This document shows, piece by piece, positions 28,782 through 38,808 of a DNA stretch of 64,000 nucleotides. The position numbers and the translations under genes were made by a program. The notes under the pieces were generated by a model that worked only from the letters and a program-made list of their open reading frames with translations, was not told the DNA's origin and searched no databases. Within the stretch, counting starts at the first letter, position 1. Every line of letters begins with the position of its first letter. Source of the stretch: an uncultured delta proteobacterium (lineage in GTDB: Bacteria > Desulfobacterota > Binatia > Binatales > Binataceae); assembly GCA_963813785.1 (NCBI GenBank), contig CAWFAJ010000010.1, positions 86,475-150,474 on the forward strand, written 5' to 3'.

Positions 28782-29258
28782 ATGGCTGACTCGACCGGAA
28801 TTGGCAAAGTTCTGCGCGACATAACACAAGCATATGTTGATGGCCTCTCGACCATCGGTGGCGCGATCGGTGATGTCGCCAAGCGCCGCATGCCCGACGG
28901 CCAACGGAGGATGGAACACTGGATCGGAGTTGCGCGCGCAGCCAAGGACGGCTACGTAGCGGCAATCGATCAGGGCTTCGCCATTTGGGAGCGGCGGATT
29001 CGTCAGACGATGGCGCCCGCGCAGTCGTCCTCCTCTGGAAGGGAGTCGAAGAGCGACCAGCAGGCTCCAGCCAGCCAAATCGAAACGTGGCTCGAGACAT
29101 GGCGCAATGCGAATGAGTCCTTCATGCAATCGATTCGCGAGAGTGGACTCGGCGAGGAAGCTCTCAAGCAAACCAGGGAATTGCGCAAGACGCTTGAGGA
29201 TGGCCTCAAAAGCTTGCAGAAGCTATGGCAGCCCTCAAGCAAGCGCCGCCGGAGATGA
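28782..29258 (+). CDS. Hypothetical all-helical (phasin-like) protein
   Basis: RBS GAGGAG; amphipathic helices with Trp, Ser-rich linker, basic tail. Confidence 0.65.
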   Translation: MADSTGIGKVLRDITQAYVDGLSTIGGAIGDVAKRRMPDGQRRMEHWIGVARAAKDGYVAAIDQGFAIWERRIRQTMAPAQSSSSGRESKSDQQAPASQIETWLETWRNANESFMQSIRESGLGEEALKQTRELRKTLEDGLKSLQKLWQPSSKRRRR

Positions 29259-29430
29259 GCTCGGCAGAACTGAGCGCTGCCAAGGGAGAGCACGCAAAAA
29301 TTAAAGATGTAGTTCCTCGATAAGCTCCAGCGCCTTGGTAAAGTTATCAATGGGACAGCATCCTGGATGTTGTTCATCGATCAAGTGCGGCTCGTCGCGC
29401 ATTCTCGCCGCAGGAAAGACGCTGCTTAAG

Positions 29431-30210
29431 TCATGCGTTGCGGACCATCAAGCCTCCATCGACGGGAATGATCGCGCCGGTGATGTACGAAGCGGCCGGA
29501 AGGCAGAGGCTGAACGTGATGTGCGCGACTTCTTCCGGATAGCCGTAGCGTCTCAACGCGGTCCGGCGTTTGGCAAAAATCGTCTTGTGCTCTTCGGGAA
29601 TCGCGTCAGTGAGGGCGGTGCGGATCGGTCCGGGGCAAATGCAATTGACGGTGATTCCCTCGGGGCCGAGATCAACCGCCAGCGCGCGCGTCAGCCCGAT
29701 GATACCGGTCTTGGCGACCGCGTAAGGACTGTCGCCGGGAGTCGCGCCGAGGCCCTCGGTCGATGCGATATTGACAATTCGCGCGGCGTCGGACTTACGC
29801 AGATGCACGAGCGCGGCGCGGACCATCCGCTGTTGCGCGGTCAACAAACCGGCGATGGTGCGGTCCCAGATGCGGTCGTAGTCGTCGCTGTCGAGCGCAG
29901 CGACGCCGCCGAAACCGGCGTTGTTGATGAGGATGTCGAGCCGGCCGAAACGTGCGGCCACGCCGCCAACGACGCGCTTGATCTCGGCCGCATCGGATAC
30001 GTCGAGGCGCCATCCGTGCGCGGTTCCGCCGGCGGCGGCGATCTCCTCGACGACGCGCGCAACGCCGGCTTCGTTGATGTCGGTAATCGCGACGAGCGCG
30101 CCTTCGCTGGCGAACAGATGCGCGGTGGCGCGGCCCATTCCGCTGGCGGCGCCGGTGATCAGCACCGCGCGTCCCTTGACCGAGCGATCGAGTCTTCTCA
30201 GTGGATCCAT
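29431..30210 (-). CDS. SDR family oxidoreductase
   Basis: TGAASGMG, NNAG, YAVAK, CPGPIRT, VDGG. Confidence 0.93.
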   Translation of the reverse strand: MDPLRRLDRSVKGRAVLITGAASGMGRATAHLFASEGALVAITDINEAGVARVVEEIAAAGGTAHGWRLDVSDAAEIKRVVGGVAARFGRLDILINNAGFGGVAALDSDDYDRIWDRTIAGLLTAQQRMVRAALVHLRKSDAARIVNIASTEGLGATPGDSPYAVAKTGIIGLTRALAVDLGPEGITVNCICPGPIRTALTDAIPEEHKTIFAKRRTALRRYGYPEEVAHITFSLCLPAASYITGAIIPVDGGLMVRNA

Positions 30211-30325
30211 TTCAATTCTCCCTGTCGAACCAGCGACGTGACGATTGCCGAGCTATCACACCCGGTGTTAGTTGGGATAGCTGAAGGCCAGTCTTACTCC
30301 AGACGAACGGGGAGAAAAATATCCG

Positions 30326-31378
30326 ATGGCGAGCAACGAACAGGAACGCGACGCGTGGCTCGCGCAAGTCAGTGAGGCTGCGCTCGAGCCGGAACTGCCG
30401 ATAGTCGATCCGCATCATCACCTGTGGGACCATCCTGGCAGCCGCTACATGCTCGATGAGATAGTCCGTGACACGGCGTCGGGGCATCGCGTGCTCGCGA
30501 CGGTGTTCGTGGAATGCCTTTCGATGTATCGCGCGGACGGCCCGGAGCCGATGCGGCCGGTTGGCGAGACCGAGTTCGTCAATGGCATCGCGGCCCAAAG
30601 CGCGAGCGGGCAATATGGCGAAACGCGCGTCGCGGCGGGAATTGTGGGCTTTGCGGATTTGACGTTGGGAGCCGCGGTCGAACCGGTATTGCAGGCGCAT
30701 ATCGCCGCGGCGCCGGCGCGCTTTCGTGGCATCCGCCACGCCGGGGGCTTCGACCCGAATCCAGCGGTGAGGAATTCGCATACCAACCCGCCCGCGGATT
30801 TGTACGAATCGACGCGCTTCCGCGAAGGCTTCGCCAAATTGCGGGGCTTGGGTCTCAGCTTCGAGGCGTGGCAGTACCATCCGCAGATGCCGGCGGTGAT
30901 CGCGCTCGCCAGAGCGTTCCCGGATACGATGATCGTGCTCGATCACTTCGGCGGCCCGCTGGGAATCGGTCCTTACGAAGGCCGGCGCGCGCAGATATTC
31001 GGCCAATGGAAGAAGAACCTCGCGGAACTCGCGCGATGTCCAAATGTCGTGGCCAAGCTCGGTGGAATCAACATGCCGGTGAATGGATTCGGCTGGCATC
31101 GGAGGCCGTCGCCGCCGAACTCCGACGAACTCGTGGCGGCGACGCGGGACTACTATCTCCACACGATCGATCAGTTTGGGCCGCGACGATGCATGTTCGA
31201 GAGCAACTTCCCGGTGGACAGGATCTCATGCTCGTACGTCGTGCTCTGGAACGCATTCAAGAAGATCGCGGCGGGTTTCACGAAGGACGAAAAAGCACAG
31301 CTATTCCGGCGCACCGCGTCGGAGGTCTATCGCTTGACGCTCACGCCCAAGGCACCGAGCCAGGCGCCGGCGCGGTAA
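30326..31378 (+). CDS. Amidohydrolase family protein (lactonase-like)
   Basis: DPHHHLW, RFRGIR, LDHFG, KLGG, MFESNFP. Confidence 0.9.
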   Translation: MASNEQERDAWLAQVSEAALEPELPIVDPHHHLWDHPGSRYMLDEIVRDTASGHRVLATVFVECLSMYRADGPEPMRPVGETEFVNGIAAQSASGQYGETRVAAGIVGFADLTLGAAVEPVLQAHIAAAPARFRGIRHAGGFDPNPAVRNSHTNPPADLYESTRFREGFAKLRGLGLSFEAWQYHPQMPAVIALARAFPDTMIVLDHFGGPLGIGPYEGRRAQIFGQWKKNLAELARCPNVVAKLGGINMPVNGFGWHRRPSPPNSDELVAATRDYYLHTIDQFGPRRCMFESNFPVDRISCSYVVLWNAFKKIAAGFTKDEKAQLFRRTASEVYRLTLTPKAPSQAPAR

Positions 31379-31379
31379 C

Positions 31380-31868
31380 TCACGCGGCGTGAGTGCGTTG
31401 CCCGGGCAATCCACGCTTCCTGAGTGCGGGACCCGGACGCGCGCTCATCTCACGCGGCACTATAGTTTCGCTGCAACTGGGGCAAGTCAGCTTCGGATTG
31501 ATCGCGTGACCGCAGCGCCGATGGACCAGCTCGACCGGCGCGCCCGCGTGCCCTGCCATCCAGTGGTCGCCCCACGTGATCATCGCGACGAGAAGCGGGT
31601 AGAGGTCAATGCCCTTCTGGGTAAGTCGATACTCGAATCGGCGCGGTCGCTTCTGGTATTCGATCCGGCGCAGGATGCCATCGCGCACCAGCTTGCGAAG
31701 CCGATCGGACAGACGATGAGGCGTCATGCCGAGGTCGTCGCGCAAGCCATCGAACCGCCGGATTCCGAGGAAGGCGTCGCGGATAATGAGCATCGTCCAT
31801 CGATCGCCGACGACCGACAGGGTCCGCGCGACCGAGCAGGTCATCGTGTTGATTTCGTTCCAGCGCAT
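31380..31868 (-). CDS. HxlR-family winged-helix regulator
   Basis: CSVARTLSVVGDRWTMLIIR, EYRLTQKG, C-terminal HRRCG..CPSC. Confidence 0.92.
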   Translation of the reverse strand: MRWNEINTMTCSVARTLSVVGDRWTMLIIRDAFLGIRRFDGLRDDLGMTPHRLSDRLRKLVRDGILRRIEYQKRPRRFEYRLTQKGIDLYPLLVAMITWGDHWMAGHAGAPVELVHRRCGHAINPKLTCPSCSETIVPREMSARPGPALRKRGLPGQRTHAA

Positions 31869-31889
31869 CGTTGAGGGTAGCGGCTTGTG

Positions 31890-31929
31890 CTTGACTCAAT
31901 AGTAAGTTCCAAAATAGAAGTTAGTCAAG
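31890..31929. promoter_or_regulatory. Overlapping divergent promoters with palindromic operator (probable HxlR site)
   Basis: CTTGACT...AGTCAAG gives a TTGACT -35 on both strands; minus strand TACTAT at 18-nt spacing; inner TAAGTTC-N7-GAAGTTA palindrome (1 mismatch). Confidence 0.6.
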
Positions 31930-31957
31930 AACGCGCGCCCCCCCAAGGAGTTCTCAG

Positions 31958-34211
31958 ATGAGCGATGAATGGCGGCCGACCGTGTGCATCCTGTGTTCCG
32001 TCAACTGCGGAATCGAAGTCAAGCTCGACGGGCGCCATATCGCGCGCGTCCGCGGCAATCGCGCGCACGTCGCCTCGCGCGGCTACGCTTGCGAAAAGGC
32101 CCAGCGCCTCGACTACTACCAGAACGGGCGCGATCGTTTGACCGCGCCGCTGCGCCGCAGGCCTGACGGCACGTTCGAAGAGATCGACTGGGACACCGCG
32201 ATTGCCGAGGTCGCCGCCGGTCTCATGCGAGTGCGCGACCGGTGGGGCGGCCCGAGCATCTTCTATTACGGCGGCGGCGGCCAGGGAAACCATCTGGTCG
32301 GCAGTTATGGAGCAGCGACCAAGCGCGCGCTCGGCGGAGTCTTTTCGTCCAACGCGCTCGCCCAGGAAAAGACCGGAGAATTCTGGGTCGACGAGATGCT
32401 CTGCGGTGCGCGCCTCAACGGCGACTACGAGCATGCGGAGGTGGCGGTATTCGTGGGCAAGAATCCGTGGCAGTCGCACGGCTTTCAGCGCGCACGCCCG
32501 GTGTTACGCGAGCTCTCGTCCGATCCGAATCGTGCGCTGATGGTGATCGATCCGCGCCGGACCGAAACCGCGGCGATGGCAGACTACCATCTCCGTGTTC
32601 GTCCGGGCACCGACGCATTCTGCCTCGCCGCGATTCTCGGCGCACTGGTGCAGGAGGATCTGATCGATCACGACTTCATCCGCGATCGCACGCGCGACGG
32701 CGATGAGCTGATCGCGACGCTGAAGGACGTACCCGTCGCCGACTACTGCGCCCGCAGCCGGCCTCAGCGAGGAGTCCGTGCGCGAGGTGGCGCGCCGAAT
32801 CGCGCGCGCATCGAGCGTTTCGGTCCTCGAAGATCTCGGCATCGAGCAGTCGCTCCACAGCACGCTCAACTCGTATCTGGAAAAACTGATCTTCGTGCTG
32901 ACTGGAAATATCGGGAAGCGGGGCGCAATGAACGCGGGCACGAGTCTCATCGGGCTGGCGAGCGGCCGGGTTGCGGCCTACACGAGCCCCGTCGGCGGAC
33001 ATCGCATTATCGGCGGTCTGGTCCCCTGCAATGTGATTCCCGATGAAATCCTGACCGACCATCCGAAACGTTTTCGCGCAATGATCATCGAAAGCGCCAA
33101 CCCGGTTCACTCGGTCGCCGACAGCGCGCGGATGCGCGAGGCGCTCAAGGCGCTCGAATTCGTCGTGTGCATCGACGTTGCGATGACCGAGAGCGCGCGG
33201 CTGGCGAACTACGTGCTCCCGGCATCGTCGCAATACGAAAAGTGGGAAGCGACCTTCTTCGGCGCCGCATTTGAGACCGATACCACCACCGCGAACACCT
33301 TCACGTTGCGCGCCCCGATTCTCGATCCGCAGCCCGGAACCCTTGCCGAAGGCGAGATTCATCGCCGGCTGGTTCGCGCGATAGGCGCGATGACCGACGA
33401 GGACGTCGCGCCGCTGCGCGCGGCGGCGGCCATGGGACGCAGCGCCTTCGCGACAGAGTTACAGCGGGTCGTCGCCGAGCGGCCGCAGCTGGCGGCGGTG
33501 ATGACCGTCCTTCTTTACGAGACGCTCGGCCCGACACTTGGCGCCGGCAACGAGAACGCGGCGTCTCTGTGGGGAGCGTCGCAAAACTTCGCGCGCAGAT
33601 ATCCGGAATCGCTCCGCCGCGCCGGGTTCAACGGCGGAGCCCATGAGCTTGGCGACGCTCTATTCGACGCGATGCTGAAGAATCGCTCCGGAGTTGTGAT
33701 CAGCGTCGATCCGTTCGCTGAGACCTGGCGGCGGATTCCGGATGGGCGGATTAATCTGACGATTTCCGAATTGATGAATGAACTCAAGTCGCTGCGCGAT
33801 GAGCATCCGACGCGCAACGCCGAGTTCCCGTTTGTGCTGTCAGCAGGTCAACGACGCTCCTCGACTGCGAACACGATCATTCGCGACCCTCAATGGCGGC
33901 CCAAGGATCCAGTGGGTGCGCTCTGGATGAATCCGATTGACGCGTCCGGGCTTGGAGTCGAAAGCGGCGGCCGCGTGCGCTTGGTCACGAAGCGAGCCAG
34001 CACGGAGACGGTTGTCGAGGTGACCGACAGTATGCTGCCCGGACACGTCGCGCTGCCGAACGGGTCGGGGCTGTGGTACCCCGATCGCGAAGGGCAGGAG
34101 TTTTTGCATGGCGTGCCGCCTAACGAGCTGACGGCATCCGAGGATCGCGACTGGATCGCGGGCACGCCGTTTCACAAGCAGGTGCCGGCCCGGATCGAGC
34201 GGGTGGGTTAG
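31958..34211 (+). CDS. Molybdopterin (bis-MGD) oxidoreductase, split by +1 frameshift at ~32756
   Basis: CILCSVNCG..CEK 4Fe-4S motif, GKNP, IDPRRTETA, PGTD; continues in next frame with SANP, ADY-type VLP, molybdopterin dinucleotide domain MNPIDA. Confidence 0.85.
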
Positions 34212-34245
34212 GTTCGCCTGACCAGGTGATTGCGCGGCCAGGAGA

Positions 34246-35461
34246 TCAGACGCTGACAGTGGTCCCATGATAGTAGTGCTGCAAGATTTCCATGTAAGTC
34301 TTGCCCTCATTTGCCATAACTGCCGCGCCGATCTGGCATAGGCCGACACCATGTCCCCAGCCGGCTCCTATCAAGACAAAGCGGCCGGACTCCTTGTCTA
34401 CGACGAATGCAGAGCTGTACAGATGCGTGCGCGATAAAGCGCGGCGAATTTCAAGTTCTTTACCGACGATGATGTAGTCGCGTTCCCCGGTGATCTTGAG
34501 CCGATATATTCGGCCTGAAGGGCCGCGAGCGAGCGCCTGCAGGTCGCGAATAGGACCAAGATCCGCGCCAAGCCTGGATCCGATCAGATCAGCGAGTTCT
34601 TCGGGCGTGTACGCGACCCGCCAGCGATAGAAATCTCTGGTCTCCTGATCGAATCCCGGGAGAACGCGTGAGAGAAGCTCCGAATCGTGAGTATCGCAGT
34701 AGGCAGGCGGGCTTGAACGTATCCATGTCTCAGGACTGTAAGAGCTGGATTGCGCCGGACCGTCGTAGATTGATTCAAGATAGGGAATATCTTCATCTTC
34801 CCAAGCGGTAGCATAGCGCTCGGTCATTCCGCCGCAGCATTTGGAAAACCGTGCGTCGCAGATAGCGCCCTTGTAACGGAGAAACTCGCCGGCCGTGGCG
34901 CGAGCCGCTTCGGCTGCGGCTGGAGAGAATGCTTTCGTGATGCCCTGATAGCGCTGGCAGTGGTCGTCGGCGCACACATCGAAATCCGGATGCGCTTCGC
35001 GGCCGTACCAGCGAAGGATTTCGTGAGAATTGAGACGCTGCCCGTTCCCGGAGCGCGGCGGATTTGCTTTAGGAAACCACAGCCAGCTGCGCGAAATCAC
35101 CGCGTGAGCTTTCAGCAGTTCGAGCGGACAGGAGGCGCTCATCTCGGACGAAATCACGCTCGTGACGTAGTCTTCGAGCGCAACATCATTGATCACCGTC
35201 AGCCCGGTTTCTCGTTTCATGAGGCGAAAAGCCCCGCGGAATACCTGGCGCTCCTTGCGCTGCCAATGAAATCCGATTCCGATCGTGACGTCGTCCAGCG
35301 CAAAGGCGCACGATGCCAGGCTCCGACGGAGTGAGCGTAACTTCAGAAGTAAATCTGTAGCGCGCGGGGGTGTACGGCTTGCCGGAAGTATCGGTAAACC
35401 TACCCGTCAATTCGACTTCGACAGCGGATTGTCCTTCGATGAGGCCTACCGATACGTTCAA
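34246..35461 (-). CDS. SpoIID/LytB domain protein, split by +1 frameshift at ~35317
   Basis: LEDYVTSVISSEM, KAHAVISRS, VCADDHCQRYQG, GWGHGVGLCQIGA; N-terminus in ORF 35186-35461. Confidence 0.85.
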
Positions 35462-36351
35462 CGCTCACTCTCCAGCTTGCGGGCGACTTCCTGAAACTGA
35501 CCGTCAGGCAGAGTGACCTCTCGAAAAATTGCGGCGATGGCGTCAGCCGTGATTCTTTCGAAATGCTGTGCCAGCGGCACGACAAATATTCCGCACAAAT
35601 CAATCGATGCCGGACTGACCGTCAGTTCCCCTGTATGAAAGACCTCTGGCCGATGTTTTCCTCGCGGAAACAGATATGTGACCCACTCCCCTCTCTCATG
35701 AAAGACCGCGATGTTGACCAGCGGTTCCGGCTGTTTGCCCGTCGTTTCCGCGAGCAGATCGATGGCACGATCCATTCGATGGATCAAAGCAGATCGATCC
35801 CGTCCACGAAGCAGGAACACATTTCTCCGGTAATTCGGAACAGTGACGCCAGTCAGTCCGGCGGTGTCCTTCGCGATCGGAAACAATCCTCGCGAGCCTG
35901 CCTGAAAGTGCATGTGGTCCGGCGCGGATGCTCCGCATTCCGGACCGTTATAGACGACGAAATATCCAGCGAGGGCTGCGGCAATGTCGAGCATATTTCC
36001 GAACTGGTTCGCGATGCGCTGCAAGCCGTGTTCCCGGTGAGCGATCGTCAGGTGATGATCGACGATCGGAAACGGATTGCAGTAGATCGTGAAGTCCTGA
36101 TCGAACCGCAGACCCTCTTCCTCCGAAGGCAGATTCCCCGCACATAGGAAGCAGGGGCGTTTCGCAACCGACTCGCGGTCGACCGACGCCGTGGTGCTAG
36201 CCATACGATGGGGAATGTGACGGATGAAGATGTCGAACCAATCGATCCGTACCGGCCGCGTCCTTGCCCGCGCAAGGCCTTCAACGCCTTTCGCAAGCTG
36301 CGGCCATGCCCGCGCCTGCCGTTCGAACAGTTCTTCTATTTCGTGGATCAT
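35458..36351 (-). CDS. DUF4922 (HIT-like nucleotide-sugar/Ap4A phosphorylase-like) protein
   Basis: RPCFLC, NPFPI, YNGPECGASAPDHMHFQAG, SPASIDLCG. Confidence 0.85.
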   Translation of the reverse strand: MIHEIEELFERQARAWPQLAKGVEGLARARTRPVRIDWFDIFIRHIPHRMASTTASVDRESVAKRPCFLCAGNLPSEEEGLRFDQDFTIYCNPFPIVDHHLTIAHREHGLQRIANQFGNMLDIAAALAGYFVVYNGPECGASAPDHMHFQAGSRGLFPIAKDTAGLTGVTVPNYRRNVFLLRGRDRSALIHRMDRAIDLLAETTGKQPEPLVNIAVFHERGEWVTYLFPRGKHRPEVFHTGELTVSPASIDLCGIFVVPLAQHFERITADAIAAIFREVTLPDGQFQEVARKLESER

Positions 36352-37619
36352 CGGCGCATTCGAGCCTGAATCTCGATAGTTCGGAGCCAGTCCTTGTACA
36401 GGTCGTATCGATTGGCAACCTCGAGAGACAGGGCGCTGTCGCTATTGCCTTCCCAACGGCGGCAAAGATAAACGGACTCATAGATCCGGGCGATCTCATA
36501 ATCACGGCTGATGCGCAACGCGACGGCGTAATCCTCGCCATAGCTGACATTGGGAAATCCTATACGGCGCAGAACCGAGGTATTGAATGCGCGCGGCGCG
36601 CCGAGACCATTGATCCGGAGCGCATTGTTTCGTCCATTCTCGCGACTCCACTCGCGATGGTCGATCAGGCCGGGCGGAATCTCTTTCAACGAAAAGTCGA
36701 CCATCGTATAGGAGCCTATGACCATCGCATAAGGACCAGCTTCAAGTTCTGCAACAATCCGGCGAAGGACGCCGTCATTGACATACAGGTCGTCAGAATC
36801 AAGTTGGACGGCGTATTGTCCGCAGTGCCTGGAGTAAATCGCCTCGTTCCAGCACCCGCCGATTCCAAGGTCCCGGCGTTCGGGCACGATGTGTATAAGA
36901 CGCGAGTCGCCAATTCCGCGCAGAATTTCTGTCGTCCGATCGGTCGAATGGTTATCGACGACGATCACATTGAATTCGAAATCAGCGCTCTGGACGAGGG
37001 CGCTTTCAACGGCGTCGAGAACAGTCCGCTCGCGACTGCGAACCGGGATCACGACGCTGGCTTTTACGGGAAATGTTTCCGTCGCGGCCGGAATGTTCTC
37101 GAAGTGCGGCTGCAACCAGGCGCCGATTCGTTTGAGATGCGCCGTCGCGATGCGCTCCATTTCGATTTGGTAATCGCGATTGCGCGGATCCACATAATCG
37201 AATTGCTTTTGACCCGTCGGCCGCGCATCAACCATCGACGCGCTGTACAACGGTTCGGGAATCCGCACGATGGCGTGGTTTTCCGAAATCCTTAAGCGCA
37301 GATCGTATAGTCCTCCCCATTTCCAGGTGCTATCGATTCCCGACTGACGCGCAGCCTGAACCGACACACCGACGACCGGGCCAAAGTCGAAACTGTCGCG
37401 GATGCTACCGCTTCGATAGTCGATACGCGGATGGCCTACTGCGTCGGAATAAACCCAGCCGCCGGTTTCACGTATGACCTGCGCCATTCGATCGAACATG
37501 CGCGGTCCGGGTTCGATGTTCACCCGCGGATCACCGAGAAAGAGAACATCGGAATCGGCAGCGTCGAGAAGTCGCTGAATACTCGCGGATGAGTAGTCCT
37601 TTGGATAGACGAGGTTCAC
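36348..37619 (-). CDS. Glycosyltransferase family 2 protein
   Basis: GSIRDSFDFG, YDLRL, FDYVDPRNR, VDNHSTD, QLDSDD, GLGAPRAF, YGEDY. Confidence 0.9.
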   Translation of the reverse strand: MNLVYPKDYSSASIQRLLDAADSDVLFLGDPRVNIEPGPRMFDRMAQVIRETGGWVYSDAVGHPRIDYRSGSIRDSFDFGPVVGVSVQAARQSGIDSTWKWGGLYDLRLRISENHAIVRIPEPLYSASMVDARPTGQKQFDYVDPRNRDYQIEMERIATAHLKRIGAWLQPHFENIPAATETFPVKASVVIPVRSRERTVLDAVESALVQSADFEFNVIVVDNHSTDRTTEILRGIGDSRLIHIVPERRDLGIGGCWNEAIYSRHCGQYAVQLDSDDLYVNDGVLRRIVAELEAGPYAMVIGSYTMVDFSLKEIPPGLIDHREWSRENGRNNALRINGLGAPRAFNTSVLRRIGFPNVSYGEDYAVALRISRDYEIARIYESVYLCRRWEGNSDSALSLEVANRYDLYKDWLRTIEIQARMRR

Positions 37620-37890
37620 GTTTCTGACTGACCGAATGCAGGCGGAAAGGTAACTTTATACCATAGGTTGTGGTTGTGAGACGGTTCCACCACAAGGGCT
37701 AGCTTTGTTCCGTCAAAAAAAATTTGGGCGCGAACCAGAGGGCGTCCGATTGCGAGTTGGCCACGCGAGTCTCGGGCATCCTGACAGTTGCGCATACCGT
37801 GAGCGTAGCACGCCGAGTGCATCGGTATCAGGCTGAAAAGTTCATCCCCAAAGCCGACCTGAAATCCGTAACCGAACCAGTGCCGTCGTC

Positions 37891-38619
37891 TTAGTTACTA
37901 ACCGCGATGCGCCGCGCCACCGCCTGCGGCCGCACGACGATGACGCCAGCCATTCGATTTGCCTTGAGAAACTCGCTCAATTCCTGTTCCACGACAAAGC
38001 CATTGCTGCGCGACGCGTGACGCATCAAAATTTTTTTGCCATCGCGCACGATGATTCCAGCATGAAACACGTCGAGGTGCTTGCGTGTGGACACAAAAAA
38101 GATCAGGTCACCGCTTTGCAAATATCGTTCGAGCCGTGGCACCGCCGCCTTCGGCACACATTTCACGCGAGTCCGCTGTACAGCGAGTCCCGGTACAACA
38201 TTCAGAACGCGTTCCCTGAAGAGTATCGGGACAGCCGGCATCGAAACCGGCCTGATTATCCCTTCGCGTACATTATTGCGAATCCAGAGCGTCATGTAGT
38301 GATTGCGCCGATCCCATTGAATGCGGCCTCGTTCATAGCGAATCTTTCGCAGCGACTCGGTGAAGCCATCGACGCTGGAGGCGCGGGCGAGCGCCACAAT
38401 TGTTTCGATGTAGGTGACACAGTCGAATCCATCGAGGGAAGCCGTGAACACTTCGACGGTGCCGGCCGATCCAATCAGCGGATTTGGTTTGTAGGGATGT
38501 CCAAGGAAGTGGCGCGAAAAAGCGTCAATTCGGCTAGCGGCGGAGCGATCATGCTTCGTTTCCGATAGAAGCTGCTCCACGCGCCGCCGGCTGAGACCTC
38601 GTGGTTGTGCGTGCTTCAT
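37891..38619 (-). CDS. DUF1460 N-acetylmuramoyl-L-alanine amidase-like (NlpC/P60 fold)
   Basis: FLGHPY, catalytic FDCVTYIE, RNHY, GDLIFF, LDVFHAG, RHAS. Confidence 0.85.
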   Translation of the reverse strand: MKHAQPRGLSRRRVEQLLSETKHDRSAASRIDAFSRHFLGHPYKPNPLIGSAGTVEVFTASLDGFDCVTYIETIVALARASSVDGFTESLRKIRYERGRIQWDRRNHYMTLWIRNNVREGIIRPVSMPAVPILFRERVLNVVPGLAVQRTRVKCVPKAAVPRLERYLQSGDLIFFVSTRKHLDVFHAGIIVRDGKKILMRHASRSNGFVVEQELSEFLKANRMAGVIVVRPQAVARRIAVSN

Positions 38620-38654
38620 CAGGATTTCATAACTTCACGGCGGTCGAGACCTAG

Positions 38655-38808
38655 CAGGCTGTTGAAAAAGTAATTTTCAACGCCTGCTCCCTCTCTCTTG
38701 TCTCCCCCAAAGGGGGAGATGTTGCAGGTGGGGAAGCCATCTTTCACGCAGGGTGTTGAATGGTTCAAGACCCGAACTGCCCTTCGATAAGAGTTTTTCA
38801 ACACCCTG
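38655..38808. mobile_element. MITE (non-autonomous, IS5/IS1182-like ends), 154 bp, flanked by CTAG
   Basis: 15-bp TIR CAGGCTGTTGAAAAA / CAGGGTGTTGAAAAA (1 mismatch); CTAG at 38651-38654 and 38809-38812; internal hairpins. Confidence 0.8.
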
